Shown: positions 47,884 through 57,721 of the stretch, piece after piece
Layout of the letters: every line of letters begins with the position of its first letter
Position numbering within the stretch: the stretch's first letter is position 1
Source: Candidatus Chazhemtobacterium aquaticus
GTDB taxonomy: Bacteria; Patescibacteriota; Microgenomatia; UBA1400; Chazhemtobacteraceae
Assembly (NCBI RefSeq): GCF_009936135.1
Contig: NZ_CP047901.1
Coordinates: 216,984-280,983 of the forward strand
Length of the DNA stretch: 64,000 nucleotides
Reading direction: 5' to 3'
The notes under the pieces: model-generated
Told to the model about the DNA's origin: nothing
Seen by the model: the letters and a program-made list of their open reading frames with translations, nothing else
Databases searched by the model: none
Made by a program: the position numbers and the translations under genes

Positions 47884-49620
47884 TCAACTACTATACCTTT
47901 TTATTAGTCTATATTGCCATACCACGCCTCCCGCAAACAGACCTACTCCCATCATAAATATCGCCAGGGTCAAGGTCAACACACCAGATTCTGGTACTCC
48001 ACTCTCAGTAGAAGGCATTGTCGCTCTGCCTGAATCAGTTGCCGAACCTGTCGCTGTTGGTGTTGGAGTCAAACTCATTGTTGGAGTCAAGGTCGCTGAA
48101 GGTGTTGCCGAGAAGGCCGGTAACCCACCTTGTCCAGTCGTTGGTTCATCAGCCAGAACCACAAAGCTTCTTACAATTTTCTGCCACACTCCATTTTCAT
48201 CCTGATACTCAATTTCTAATGTATGCTCACCCGGCTCCAACCCCTCCGGAGGAGTCCAATCTATCTCCCCATCTTCTCCAATTGTCACCTCCTCCGTCTG
48301 AGGGTCAGAATGAACCGTAATCTTGATTTTCTGTCCAACAGGGCCGGCCACTTTAATTTCAGGCGTGCTGGTTGCCACATTTTCTCCTGGATCAATCTCT
48401 GTCACTAACTTTACTGACAAAGTTGCCTCATAAGCCTCATCAATCTCTGGATAACTACCTCCAATATCTCCAAAACCTGACCCCAACTCAGCTGCCTCTG
48501 TTGCCTCCTGAGTCTCTTCCACCATCTGTGCAATCACCACAATTTCCCCTTTCATCACCTCCAAATCTGGATTAACACTATCATAAAATGCATAAGTCCC
48601 TGCTTCATCAGGTGCACTAAAACTCCCCTCACTTCCTCCTCCAATCACCCCCGTATCAAACTCTCTTCCCACCGCTGTCACTGAGTGATTTTCCCCATCC
48701 TTGTTAATCACCATCACCAACGTACCTGCTACCACCGTCAACTGTCTTTGTACTAACGCCCCATCAACAATCTCCAATCTACTTTGCTGTAGCTCACCGC
48801 TACTCGTTGCTCCCTCTCCAACATCCTCCACCACCTCCAAGCTCTCACCCAACACAATATCAGGAACCGGACTATCGTTTCCTGTTGTTACCACTGCCGT
48901 CGCCGTGCCCAACTCAGCCGCCTGTACAAAAACATTTAACTGCGTAGTTTCTCGATCATAGGCTACATAACTACTTAAATCCTCCGTTCTTGTCAGTGAC
49001 AAAGGCAAAGTCCACACTCCTGAGTTTTTTGTTTGAGCTGATCTTAATACTCCTCCTTCTATCTCCACATAAACCACCGCTCCGGGTACTGGCTGCCCAT
49101 CGGCCATAACCACCTTCCCGCTAATTATGTCACTTTCTGGCGCACTCGCCGTTGGAGCAGTCCTTATTTTATACACCGCTTCATTCTCATCCTTGTATGT
49201 TTCCGAACCAGACCCGATTACAAAGTAGTAATCCGTATTAGCCATCAAACCTCTCACTGTAATGTAATGAGTTGTGTACAGTCCGACACTTCCAGACAAC
49301 TGATCTCTATCATCACTAATAGTCTTCTTCAGATCACTAGGAGACTCACCGTACTTAACAAACCCACTCACCTGAGTATCAGATATCCAAGACACCGTAA
49401 AACTTTCACTATCAACATTGCTAATCTCAACCTGTCTTGGCGTTGCCGTCGGCCCAGCCTTGGATACCAAACTAAAACTTCCCTGATTAGCGATCAGAAA
49501 CACTCCCACCAACATTCCCACTACTACCACTAAGACACCGCCTATAGCCAACAATCGTTTTTTATTTAGCCAATCTTTCATATTTATCGTTTCAACTTCA
49601 TCTCGTAAATACACCAACAA
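47884..49620 (-). CDS. Surface protein with an N-terminal TM, an FN3/purple-acid-phosphatase-N-like domain, a carboxypeptidase-regulatory-like domain and a C-terminal VPESG + TM + basic-tail sorting signal
   Basis: FTVSWISDTQVSGFVKYGESP...TDYYFVIGSG is FN3-like, and ISGKVVMADGQPVPGAVVYVE is CarboxypepD_reg-like. The tail is VPESGVLTLTLAIFMMGVGLFAGGVVWQYRLIKRYSS. Confidence 0.5.
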   Translation of the reverse strand: MLVYLRDEVETINMKDWLNKKRLLAIGGVLVVVVGMLVGVFLIANQGSFSLVSKAGPTATPRQVEISNVDSESFTVSWISDTQVSGFVKYGESPSDLKKTISDDRDQLSGSVGLYTTHYITVRGLMANTDYYFVIGSGSETYKDENEAVYKIRTAPTASAPESDIISGKVVMADGQPVPGAVVYVEIEGGVLRSAQTKNSGVWTLPLSLTRTEDLSSYVAYDRETTQLNVFVQAAELGTATAVVTTGNDSPVPDIVLGESLEVVEDVGEGATSSGELQQSRLEIVDGALVQRQLTVVAGTLVMVINKDGENHSVTAVGREFDTGVIGGGSEGSFSAPDEAGTYAFYDSVNPDLEVMKGEIVVIAQMVEETQEATEAAELGSGFGDIGGSYPEIDEAYEATLSVKLVTEIDPGENVATSTPEIKVAGPVGQKIKITVHSDPQTEEVTIGEDGEIDWTPPEGLEPGEHTLEIEYQDENGVWQKIVRSFVVLADEPTTGQGGLPAFSATPSATLTPTMSLTPTPTATGSATDSGRATMPSTESGVPESGVLTLTLAIFMMGVGLFAGGVVWQYRLIKRYSS

Positions 49621-49735
49621 CCCGCTTTTTTAAAGCAGGCCATATTAGTACCACCTCCAGCATAACCAATTTCTCCACCAAATTAAAGCAATCTCCATAT
49701 CTAGTATATTCAACCCCTTTATTTGTCATGTATCA

Positions 49736-50161
49736 TCAGTTGTTCGCCGACTCAGTCGCCTCTTGAGAACTTAACTCTGCGCTACCACTTGTTCCTGTGC
49801 CCTCTTCCAAATCCAAAACCAACTCTTGGACACCGCCAGCCTCCTCAGTTTCTGTCACTACCCCACTTTGACTAGCCTCGCTCACTTCTCCTACTCCTCC
49901 CATTTTTTCACTCGGCACAGCCCTAGACTCAACCGAGTTAAGATAAAAATCCTCGATCCTTCTCCTCGATCTTAATTTCCCTACCATCTCTTCATCTACA
50001 CTTACCCGTAAAGGTCGAATTTGTTTCTGCTGCACCTCAGTTAAGGTGGTATTAGTTAGACCCCTGTATATATCAAAACCAACCCAACTTCCCACCGCCA
50101 ACAAAGTAAACACGCCAACAATCAACAATCCTTGTGACTTACTCTTTTTTTTACTTGCCAT
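49736..50161 (-). CDS. Small membrane-anchored protein with an acidic C-terminus (possible pilus-assembly accessory)
   Basis: ORF of 141 aa with an N-terminal basic region plus TM. Sits between pilO-like and the surface-protein genes. Confidence 0.35.
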   Translation of the reverse strand: MASKKKSKSQGLLIVGVFTLLAVGSWVGFDIYRGLTNTTLTEVQQKQIRPLRVSVDEEMVGKLRSRRRIEDFYLNSVESRAVPSEKMGGVGEVSEASQSGVVTETEEAGGVQELVLDLEEGTGTSGSAELSSQEATESANN

Positions 50162-50177
50162 CTCTCTTTACCTCTCT

Positions 50178-50861
50178 CTACTCTGGTAAATAATAAACTG
50201 TCGCCTTACCGGATGCAGCCAAGAAAAAAGTTTTCTTGTACGAGCTTTCAGGAACGGAAAAACCCGCTTGGGTAAGCAAAACCACTCGATCTAAATTTTC
50301 AATATCCTCAAAAAAACCAATCACTCCTTCCTGTGCTCCTCCAATCGCAAAACTAAAAGTCACAAAATTACCCCCTCCTGACTCCACTCCCCGGTTTGTT
50401 GTATTAACCAAACTTGACCTGCCTCCTACCAACGGCGATGCTTGAAACTCAAGCGAGGTAATATAAACATTATTCTCATTTGCGATTACCTCAATCTGTT
50501 TACTTAATCGATCAACCTCTGGGGTTACCGGTACTGCAATTAACCCCAGTCTTTTTAACTCAGGTCCCGACTCACTTAGTATCTCTTGAGCCTGTGCCAA
50601 TTGAGCGATTTTTGTATCTAACTTTAAACTAGCCTCTTCCATGTCCTCGATTTTTTTCAGTAACGTTGAGATTGTTCCCAGTGTCGGCCTTATTGCAAAA
50701 AATACAAAAAACGCCACCGTAAAAATCGACAAAATCAACTGAACTGAAACCTGAATCAATGGTTCTCTGTCATAAAACCGCTGTACGTTCCTTAAATATC
50801 CGGCGTACATTCTTGGTTCCTGCCAGGTCGTTGTGGTTGTCCCCTTTTTCTCGTTACTCAT
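50178..50861 (-). CDS. Type IV pilus assembly PilO-like inner-membrane protein
   Basis: Short cytoplasmic N-terminus, one TM, a coiled coil (LKKIEDMEEASLKLDTKIAQLAQAQ), then two alpha/beta domains. Overlaps the upstream PilN-like gene by 8 nt. Confidence 0.5.
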   Translation of the reverse strand: MSNEKKGTTTTTWQEPRMYAGYLRNVQRFYDREPLIQVSVQLILSIFTVAFFVFFAIRPTLGTISTLLKKIEDMEEASLKLDTKIAQLAQAQEILSESGPELKRLGLIAVPVTPEVDRLSKQIEVIANENNVYITSLEFQASPLVGGRSSLVNTTNRGVESGGGNFVTFSFAIGGAQEGVIGFFEDIENLDRVVLLTQAGFSVPESSYKKTFFLAASGKATVYYLPE

Positions 50862-51441
50862 TGGTACCTATACCTCCCTGTGTTTTATTGTTAACACTCG
50901 CCTTACCATTGATCGTGAATATCACCCCACCCTGTCTTTGGCTAAACTCAATATCACCCAAGCTTATCTGTGTCCAATCACCACTCTGTCTAATACTATT
51001 CAACAATGCAGCAAAACCCCTCTCGGATCCAGCCATACCAATTAGTGTCATGCTTGTCCTAGACAAATCAACCCTTTCATATCTCACATCAAGTGGAGTG
51101 TTTGCCATTAACTTGGCCAAGGACTCACTTGCACCCAAAGTATCGCTGTCTGCTTGATCAATTACATCAAGCCTATCCTGCAATGCTCTCATCTCATTCT
51201 CAGTTGCGGCATAGCTTTCTACCACCGCTTGTTTGTATATCACTTCTTCGTTTAAATCGTTCAAGTCACGATCCAGCTTGAATCTTGATAAAAACGCCAG
51301 AATAACTACGAACTCAGTCAAAATCACAATTGACTTGCCAGCCGACAACGACCATCTCAGGGTTTTGCCCACAAAACTCCGCTCAAAATCATCCTGAGGT
51401 AACAAATTCACCTTGGTAAAAAAACTTCCTCGAGCAGGCAC
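50854..51441 (-). CDS. Type IV pilus assembly PilN-like protein
   Basis: N-terminal VNLLP motif (the PilN hallmark INLLP), then a TM (IVILTEFVVILAFL) and a coiled coil. Confidence 0.55.
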   Translation of the reverse strand: MPARGSFFTKVNLLPQDDFERSFVGKTLRWSLSAGKSIVILTEFVVILAFLSRFKLDRDLNDLNEEVIYKQAVVESYAATENEMRALQDRLDVIDQADSDTLGASESLAKLMANTPLDVRYERVDLSRTSMTLIGMAGSERGFAALLNSIRQSGDWTQISLGDIEFSQRQGGVIFTINGKASVNNKTQGGIGTNE

Positions 51442-51493
51442 ACTCCCATTGTAGCAATTATCACCAACAACTTATCTGAAGATCCTCTAAACT

Positions 51494-51814
51494 TTACTTT
51501 GACTTCTTACTTGACACCTTTTTCTGCTTAGCTCCACTCTTGGTCGGTTTCTCCACTTTCTCCTGCTTACCCTCTTCTGATTTCGCCACTAAAAGACTCA
51601 ACCTAGACTTAAGTCGATTCACTTTTCCTTCATGGATAACTCGTTTCTTAGCGGCTCGATCAAGAGCTGAGAAAGCCTGTTTCAGACTCTCTTGGCTTGG
51701 ATCAGTTCGAACAGACTTAACCGCTTTTTTGGTAATCGTTCGCACTCTTTTATTTACCTGCGTCCGACGAGCATCGACCCGCAACTTCTTTATAGCATGG
51801 CGTAATATTGGCAT
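51494..51814 (-). CDS. rpsT: 30S ribosomal protein bS20
   Basis: MPILRHAIKKLRVDARRTQVNKRVRT fits S20. The start was taken at the internal Met. Confidence 0.8.
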   Translation of the reverse strand: MPILRHAIKKLRVDARRTQVNKRVRTITKKAVKSVRTDPSQESLKQAFSALDRAAKKRVIHEGKVNRLKSRLSLLVAKSEEGKQEKVEKPTKSGAKQKKVSSKKSK

Positions 51815-52025
51815 ACCGCCATATTCTATCACAACAGCCTCAATTTGCCATCTGCCACTCACAAGTTACCCTTCTTTCTTGTCTCTTCTGCAGTTATAAT
51901 CAATCCAGCAAATTAAAAAAAAGTATTTGCTACCAGCTTGATCACCGGGAAATCCCGAAGTATCAAGCGTACAAACCAGCCTATCGGTTCACGCACCCTA
52001 CCCCTATGTAATCCAATCCGTCACT

Positions 52026-53675
52026 ATGGTCAAAAATATTATCAACAACTCCAGAAACCTATTTAATCAACAGAATAATAGCATTCTCTCTGCAGCTATC
52101 ATCATTGCCGCATCATATGCTGCTTCTGCCATCCTCGGACTTGTTCGCAACCGTCTTCTAGCGGGCACTTTTTTCGGTGGTCAAGAATCAGAGCTTGATG
52201 TCTATTTTGCCGCCTTTGTCATTCCTGACACCATCTTCCAACTCTTAGTTGTTGGTGCCCTCTCGGCTGCCTTTATCCCAGTCTATAGTCGCTATCTAAA
52301 ACAAGGCAGTCGTCAGGCAAATCATTTAGCCAATGCCACTCTAAACTCTCTTCTTATCATTCTTTCCTCGGCCACCTTGCTTGTCGCCATCTTTGCCCAT
52401 CCCATCAGCAACTTAGTTGCCCACTTTCCACCAGCCCAAACTAGTCTCATGGCCAGTTTGATGCGTCTTATGCTTCTAAGTCAAGTCTTCTTCACCATCT
52501 CCACTTTTCTCACTGGTATCATTCAGTCACATCGACGCTTTTTGATTCCCGCTATTGCACCTCTACTTTATAACCTTGGCATCATTATCGGCGTTATCTT
52601 CCTTACTCCCACCCTGGGTATTTACGGAGCTGCTTGGGGTGTTGTCATCGGCGCCATTCTTCATTTGCTCATTCAAGTCCCCTTGGCTCGCCATCTTGGC
52701 TATTCCTATCGACTTATCTTTTCTTTTCGTCACCCTGGTGTTCGTACTATCAGCCGACTCATGCTTCCCCGCACTCTCGCTTTAGCCGTTTCTCAAGCAG
52801 AACGTTGGATCGCAGTTGTAATCACTTCATTGTTATCCGCTGGTTCTCTCTCAATCTTTAACTTTGCCAGGCAGCTCTACACCATGCCAATTACTCTCTT
52901 TGGTGTCTCTCTTGGGCAAGCCTCATTCCCCAATCTCTCTTCTCAAGCCGATGGAGACTTGGTCCGCTTCAACCAAACCCTAAGCCAAACCCTTCTCCAA
53001 ATTCTCTTCTTTTCTCTACCTGCCAGCGCCCTCCTTTTAATTTTAAGAATACCTATTGTGCGTCTCGCTTTTGGGGCAGACAGTTTTCCTTGGTCAGCCA
53101 CTCTTCTCACTGGTAAAACCTTAGCTCTTTTCACTCTTTCCATCGCTCCTCAAGCTGCTTCTCACTTACTTGTTCGTGCCTATTATGCCCTTGAGGACAC
53201 CAAAACCCCCCTCATCATCAGTCTCCTCACAGTTGCTCTTAACGTGATTTTAAGCTTGAGTCTCTCACTTTCACTAGGACTAGGCATACTAGGTATCGCT
53301 TTAGCTGTTTCCATCTCCGATATTCTAAGTTTCCTCCTTCTGTCTTTCTTAATTCAACGTCGAACTGGTCTGCTTCACGTCTACGGTCCCGCATTTAAAA
53401 TGTTTGTCGCCACCTTCTTTACCCTCGCCTCCCTCTGGCTGCCCTTTAGACTGCTTGATCAGTTTGTTTTTGACACCACCAGAACCATCCCCCTTATTGC
53501 CTTAACACTTATCACCTCGCTCATCGGCTTGCTTGTTTACTTTGCCTTTAGTTACCTTCTTGGTGTTAAAGAACTTGATGCCGTTGCCCGTATTTTCCAT
53601 CGCCTCGGAAACTGGCGCAAAATCCTTTCTCGCTCTGAAGAAGTTATTGAACCGCCCGCCTTGTCATCTGAATAG
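52026..53675 (+). CDS. murJ: Lipid II flippase MurJ/MviN
   Basis: LLAGTFFGGQESELDVYFAAFVIPD is present, and the protein is a 14-TM MOP-superfamily protein. Confidence 0.85.
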   Translation: MVKNIINNSRNLFNQQNNSILSAAIIIAASYAASAILGLVRNRLLAGTFFGGQESELDVYFAAFVIPDTIFQLLVVGALSAAFIPVYSRYLKQGSRQANHLANATLNSLLIILSSATLLVAIFAHPISNLVAHFPPAQTSLMASLMRLMLLSQVFFTISTFLTGIIQSHRRFLIPAIAPLLYNLGIIIGVIFLTPTLGIYGAAWGVVIGAILHLLIQVPLARHLGYSYRLIFSFRHPGVRTISRLMLPRTLALAVSQAERWIAVVITSLLSAGSLSIFNFARQLYTMPITLFGVSLGQASFPNLSSQADGDLVRFNQTLSQTLLQILFFSLPASALLLILRIPIVRLAFGADSFPWSATLLTGKTLALFTLSIAPQAASHLLVRAYYALEDTKTPLIISLLTVALNVILSLSLSLSLGLGILGIALAVSISDILSFLLLSFLIQRRTGLLHVYGPAFKMFVATFFTLASLWLPFRLLDQFVFDTTRTIPLIALTLITSLIGLLVYFAFSYLLGVKELDAVARIFHRLGNWRKILSRSEEVIEPPALSSE

Positions 53676-53695
53676 TCTCATCAGGAATACAAAAC

Positions 53696-55468
53696 ATGAA
53701 TCAATCTCAAATTCGCAACTTCGCTGTCATTGCCCATATTGACCACGGAAAAACCACTCTTACCGACCGTCTCATCGAGATCGTTACCCCCAATAATCGT
53801 AAATCACAAACCAGATTACTAGACAGCCACCCCATTGAGCAAGAACGGGGCATCACTATTAAGCTGGCCCCCATTACTCTTTCCTATACACATCAATCAT
53901 CTCCATACTATCTCAATCTTATTGACACACCAGGCCACATCGACTTCAACTATGAAGTAGAGCGCTCCCTAGCTGCTTGCGAAGGGGCCCTTCTACTTGT
54001 CGACGCTACTCAAGGTGTTCAAGCCCAAACTTTGGGCAATCTCAACTTGGCTCGTCAGCAAAATCTCACCATAATCCCCGTTATCAACAAAATTGATCTT
54101 CCTCAAGCTCAACCAGAAGCTGTAATCAAATCACTAAAACAACTAGTTCCCGAGTCCATTCAACCCATTCTTCTTTCGGCTAAAACCGGACAAGGAGTCA
54201 GTCAGTTGCCTGCCACTATAATCAACTCAATTCCTTCTCCAAATGGCAATACCAATGCTCCTCTTCGGGCTCTAGTCTTCAACTCAGTATTTCACCCCCA
54301 TCTCGGTGTTGTCGCCTTTATCAAAGTTGTTGATGGCAGCCTAAGCTCTAATCGTCTCTTTTTAATGCAAACCAACCAATCCTTTACTCCGCAAGAAATT
54401 GGCATCTTTACTCCTAACATGACCGCAACCTCAACGCTTGAGACTGGTCAGGTTGGCTATGTTGCCACAGGCTTAAAAAATATTCACTCAGTTAAGGTTG
54501 GTGACACTCTCACAAATGATGGACACGTGCCTACACCTCTACCCGGCTACCGCACTATTAAACCCAACCTCTTCTTGGACATATACCCGACCGACAGCTC
54601 TCAATACAAAGCCTTAGTCACCGCCGTTGAAAAAATCAAGCTTCACGACTCAGCTCTCACCACCTCCCCTACAGACTCGCCTTCAATGGGTCATGGACTG
54701 CAAGTTGGCTTTTTGGGGCTACTTCATGCTGATATCTTTCGTGAGCGCCTTGAGCGAGATTTTAACCTCAGCGCCACCCTCGTCAGCCCATCTGTTCAGT
54801 ATCGCGTTTTGACTACTTCTGGAGAAAGTCTGGATATAACCAGGGCCAGCGACTTTCCCGACCCTACCACTATTAAACAAAGTTTAGAACCTATGGCCCA
54901 AGTCACTATTATTACTCCTCCCGACTATCTCGGTAACCTCATCAATCTGCTTGAAGAACTCCGTGGTGTCATGGTCAACACTGAGTACCTTGACACTAAC
55001 ACCGTAAAACTGAGTTACGGAATCCCGTTAATCGAAGTCATCACCAAACTACACGACAGTGTCAAATCAATTTCCTCAGGATATGCCTCTGTTGACTATC
55101 GTCTCGACGGCTATCAAGCTACAGATCTTGTTCGTCTTGACGTATTCCTTAATCACGTCATTATTGAGCCACTTTCTCGAATTGAAGTAAAATCAAAATC
55201 ATCCAACACCGCCCGTCGTCTTGCCACCCAACTAAAAGATACTGTTCCCCGTCACCAATTTGAGATTCCCATTCAGGTTCAGGTTGGGGGCACCATCATT
55301 GCCCGAGAAACTGTCAAGGCATTTAGAAAAGATGTCACTGCCAAACTCTATGGAGGTGATCGCACCAGACGCCTCAAGCTACTCGAAAAGCAAAAAAAGG
55401 GCAAAGCCAAAATGAAATCATTTGGTCAAGTTAACCTTCCACCAGAGGTATTTCGCATAAACCTTTGA
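53696..55468 (+). CDS. lepA: Elongation factor 4 (LepA)
   Basis: IRNFAVIAHIDHGKTTL, DTPGHIDF, and the LepA-specific C-terminal domain ending KGKAKMKSFGQVNLPPEVF are present. Confidence 0.95.
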   Translation: MNQSQIRNFAVIAHIDHGKTTLTDRLIEIVTPNNRKSQTRLLDSHPIEQERGITIKLAPITLSYTHQSSPYYLNLIDTPGHIDFNYEVERSLAACEGALLLVDATQGVQAQTLGNLNLARQQNLTIIPVINKIDLPQAQPEAVIKSLKQLVPESIQPILLSAKTGQGVSQLPATIINSIPSPNGNTNAPLRALVFNSVFHPHLGVVAFIKVVDGSLSSNRLFLMQTNQSFTPQEIGIFTPNMTATSTLETGQVGYVATGLKNIHSVKVGDTLTNDGHVPTPLPGYRTIKPNLFLDIYPTDSSQYKALVTAVEKIKLHDSALTTSPTDSPSMGHGLQVGFLGLLHADIFRERLERDFNLSATLVSPSVQYRVLTTSGESLDITRASDFPDPTTIKQSLEPMAQVTIITPPDYLGNLINLLEELRGVMVNTEYLDTNTVKLSYGIPLIEVITKLHDSVKSISSGYASVDYRLDGYQATDLVRLDVFLNHVIIEPLSRIEVKSKSSNTARRLATQLKDTVPRHQFEIPIQVQVGGTIIARETVKAFRKDVTAKLYGGDRTRRLKLLEKQKKGKAKMKSFGQVNLPPEVFRINL

Positions 55469-55474
55469 TTAATC

Positions 55475-56857
55475 TCAAAACTCTAACGTCAACACCATCG
55501 CACTATTTGGTCTCATTGGTTCCTCTGTTTTCCATTGAGCTGATGTAGTTGCTACTGAAACCGTTTTTACCCCTCCTCCCCAATCGCTCCTCTTATATAC
55601 AAACTCACCCCCAGGCAGGTTATCAAACGTTATAGGTACCAGCTCATTATGACTCCCCCTGGGGTCATAATTCACCAACAACACCTGATAAACCCCTTCT
55701 TTTCTAGCCGCAATCCCTTTTACCCAGGAGCCTTCACCATCAAGTGATACTCGTTCATCACCTAGAGTATTCAAATACACCAACGCATTATACCTGGGTT
55801 TTTTTGCCACCTCTCCGTTTTTCTCATGAGTTAGTAATCCCCATCTTCCCCAGTACTGTTCCACTCCTGGCCCGTCTTTTATCTCAAAAACAAACGCTCG
55901 ATTTACCCTGCCCATCATTACCCGCGAGGCCGCTATTGTATGAATGGCTCCAAACCCATTGTCATATCCAGAATCGTTCTCACTGTCATGACCCCACTCG
56001 CTCACAATTAACTCTAAATCAATTTTTTCTGGATGGCTTTCTAGCCATGCATCAATCTCAGCCACATCTTTCTCATACTGTTCCAGGTCTCTGCTATAAC
56101 GATGCCACGAATAAAAATCTAGTCTCAAATTATTCTCCACCACGTAATCTAGAAACTGATCTACCCAATTCTTATACAAAGCCGTTGTCGCTGGTCCTCC
56201 CAGCTTAAAACTGTTTACATTCCCAGCTCTCGCCGCTCCTCTAGCTGCCGCAGCATACAAATTTAAATAATTCTTCTCACCATAAACTTTCCAGCCTCCA
56301 AACAAATCGGGCTCGTTCCAGACCTCGTAATAAACACCATCAATATTAAGACCCCCTCTTCCTGAGTAATGCTCGATTGTCGCCTTAACCAATTCTTCCC
56401 AATCACCCCAATTCCTTGGCTGGTCAATAATATCGCCCTTGGATATTGCCGGTGGCATATATGACAATGCCAAGAAAGGCTTGGCCCCGGCCTCGAGTAT
56501 TGATCTGACTGTCTCATCCAACCTGCTCCAGTCATATCTCAATCCACCTCCATCTTGACTTACCACTTCGTACATATCATATATATGATCTAGCCTAATA
56601 TACTCTGGTCTCAAAGCTTTCGTCTCTCCCACAACGTTATCCAACATATTTCCAGCTTCCTCTCCACCTTGAGCCAAGTTTCTCCATGGTGTTGGCATTG
56701 GACCGATTATCGCTTCCAAATCAACCACTATCTCAGCTTTCTCACCACTTGCCTTACTCAGCATTCTTACTGCCTCAGGCAAAGCGTACAAACTCACCCC
56801 TAGCCCAATCAGCAACAACACCATCGGTACAAACTTTTTTAGCTCTCTCCTCCTCAT
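55475..56857 (-). CDS. Secreted clan GH-A glycoside hydrolase (GH39/GH5-like)
   Basis: Signal anchor, then YEVWNEPD (the catalytic acid/base NEP) and a later SEWG nucleophile-like block. Confidence 0.5.
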   Translation of the reverse strand: MRRRELKKFVPMVLLLIGLGVSLYALPEAVRMLSKASGEKAEIVVDLEAIIGPMPTPWRNLAQGGEEAGNMLDNVVGETKALRPEYIRLDHIYDMYEVVSQDGGGLRYDWSRLDETVRSILEAGAKPFLALSYMPPAISKGDIIDQPRNWGDWEELVKATIEHYSGRGGLNIDGVYYEVWNEPDLFGGWKVYGEKNYLNLYAAAARGAARAGNVNSFKLGGPATTALYKNWVDQFLDYVVENNLRLDFYSWHRYSRDLEQYEKDVAEIDAWLESHPEKIDLELIVSEWGHDSENDSGYDNGFGAIHTIAASRVMMGRVNRAFVFEIKDGPGVEQYWGRWGLLTHEKNGEVAKKPRYNALVYLNTLGDERVSLDGEGSWVKGIAARKEGVYQVLLVNYDPRGSHNELVPITFDNLPGGEFVYKRSDWGGGVKTVSVATTSAQWKTEEPMRPNSAMVLTLEF

Positions 56858-56905
56858 TTATTAAGCATAGCAAACTCAATCCCGCCCCAACCATCTTTAC
56901 TCAGA

Positions 56906-56943
56906 TTAGCAATCTTGACATCTTACTGCTAAATCCTTATATT
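56906..56943 (+). promoter_or_regulatory. CIRCE-like operator (TTAGCAATC-N9-TACTGCTAA) embedded in a sigma-70-like promoter (TTGACA-17-TATATT) upstream of hrcA
   Basis: The arms TTAGCA/TGCTAA are perfectly inverted. TTGACA lies at 56915-56920 and TATATT at 56938-56943. Confidence 0.55.
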
Positions 56944-56988
56944 TAACTTGCTCAATACTCAAAGAGCGGATTATCATTCAAGATCATT

Positions 56989-57714
56989 ATGAACCTATCC
57001 GATCGTCAGATTCGCATCATCAAGGCCATTGTCGAGGAATACACCAATACTGGTGAGCCGGTTGGGTCACTCACACTTGATCAAAAATACCGCCTTGGTG
57101 TTTCACCCGCCACCATTAGAAACGAAATGAGCACTCTGGCCGATAAGGGGTTTCTAGCCAAGACTCACTCTTCCTCAGGCCGGATACCCACTCCTGTTGC
57201 CATCAAGTTTTATGTCTCTGAACTCTTAAGAGAAAGGGAGCTATCTGTTGCCGAAGAAGTTGCCATTAAAGAAAGAGTTTGGCAGGTTAGAAATGATCTC
57301 GACACCCTTCTAATAGAAGCAACTCGAGTTCTGGCAGAACGCACCAAATCACTATCTATTGCAGCCACCGATACAGGCCGTGTCTATCACTCAGGCTATC
57401 CAAATCTTCTCAATAATCCAGAGTTTTACGACATCAACCTTTTTCGGGAAGTCCTCATTCTCCTTGATGAGCATCAACGAGTTATTACTCTTTTTTCCAG
57501 AGCTGCTGGATCAGACTCTATTCATCTCCTTCTTGGTGATGAGCTAGGTAATGCTGAGATGGAGCCCGCTAGCTGTCTTTTTGCCGATATCCAAATCAAT
57601 GATCACCGCGGCTCCTTGGGCATTATTGCTCCCAACCGTCAGCAATATGATCAAAACATACCCATCGTCCGCTATGTGGCTAGCTTAATTAATCAAATCG
57701 CCCAATCAGCCTAA
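56989..57714 (+). CDS. hrcA: Heat-inducible transcription repressor HrcA (short, 241 aa)
   Basis: LSDRQIRIIKAIVEEYTNTGEPVGS...SPATIRNEMSTLADKGFL is the HrcA winged-HTH. Confidence 0.8.
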   Translation: MNLSDRQIRIIKAIVEEYTNTGEPVGSLTLDQKYRLGVSPATIRNEMSTLADKGFLAKTHSSSGRIPTPVAIKFYVSELLRERELSVAEEVAIKERVWQVRNDLDTLLIEATRVLAERTKSLSIAATDTGRVYHSGYPNLLNNPEFYDINLFREVLILLDEHQRVITLFSRAAGSDSIHLLLGDELGNAEMEPASCLFADIQINDHRGSLGIIAPNRQQYDQNIPIVRYVASLINQIAQSA

Positions 57715-57721
57715 AAATATT

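Noticed and set aside
51863-52025. Possible ncRNA in the rpsT-murJ divergent spacer
   Set aside because: Only promoter-like hexamers (TTGATC-17-TATCAA) were seen, with no stable long-range pairing. It is treated as a plain divergent promoter region.
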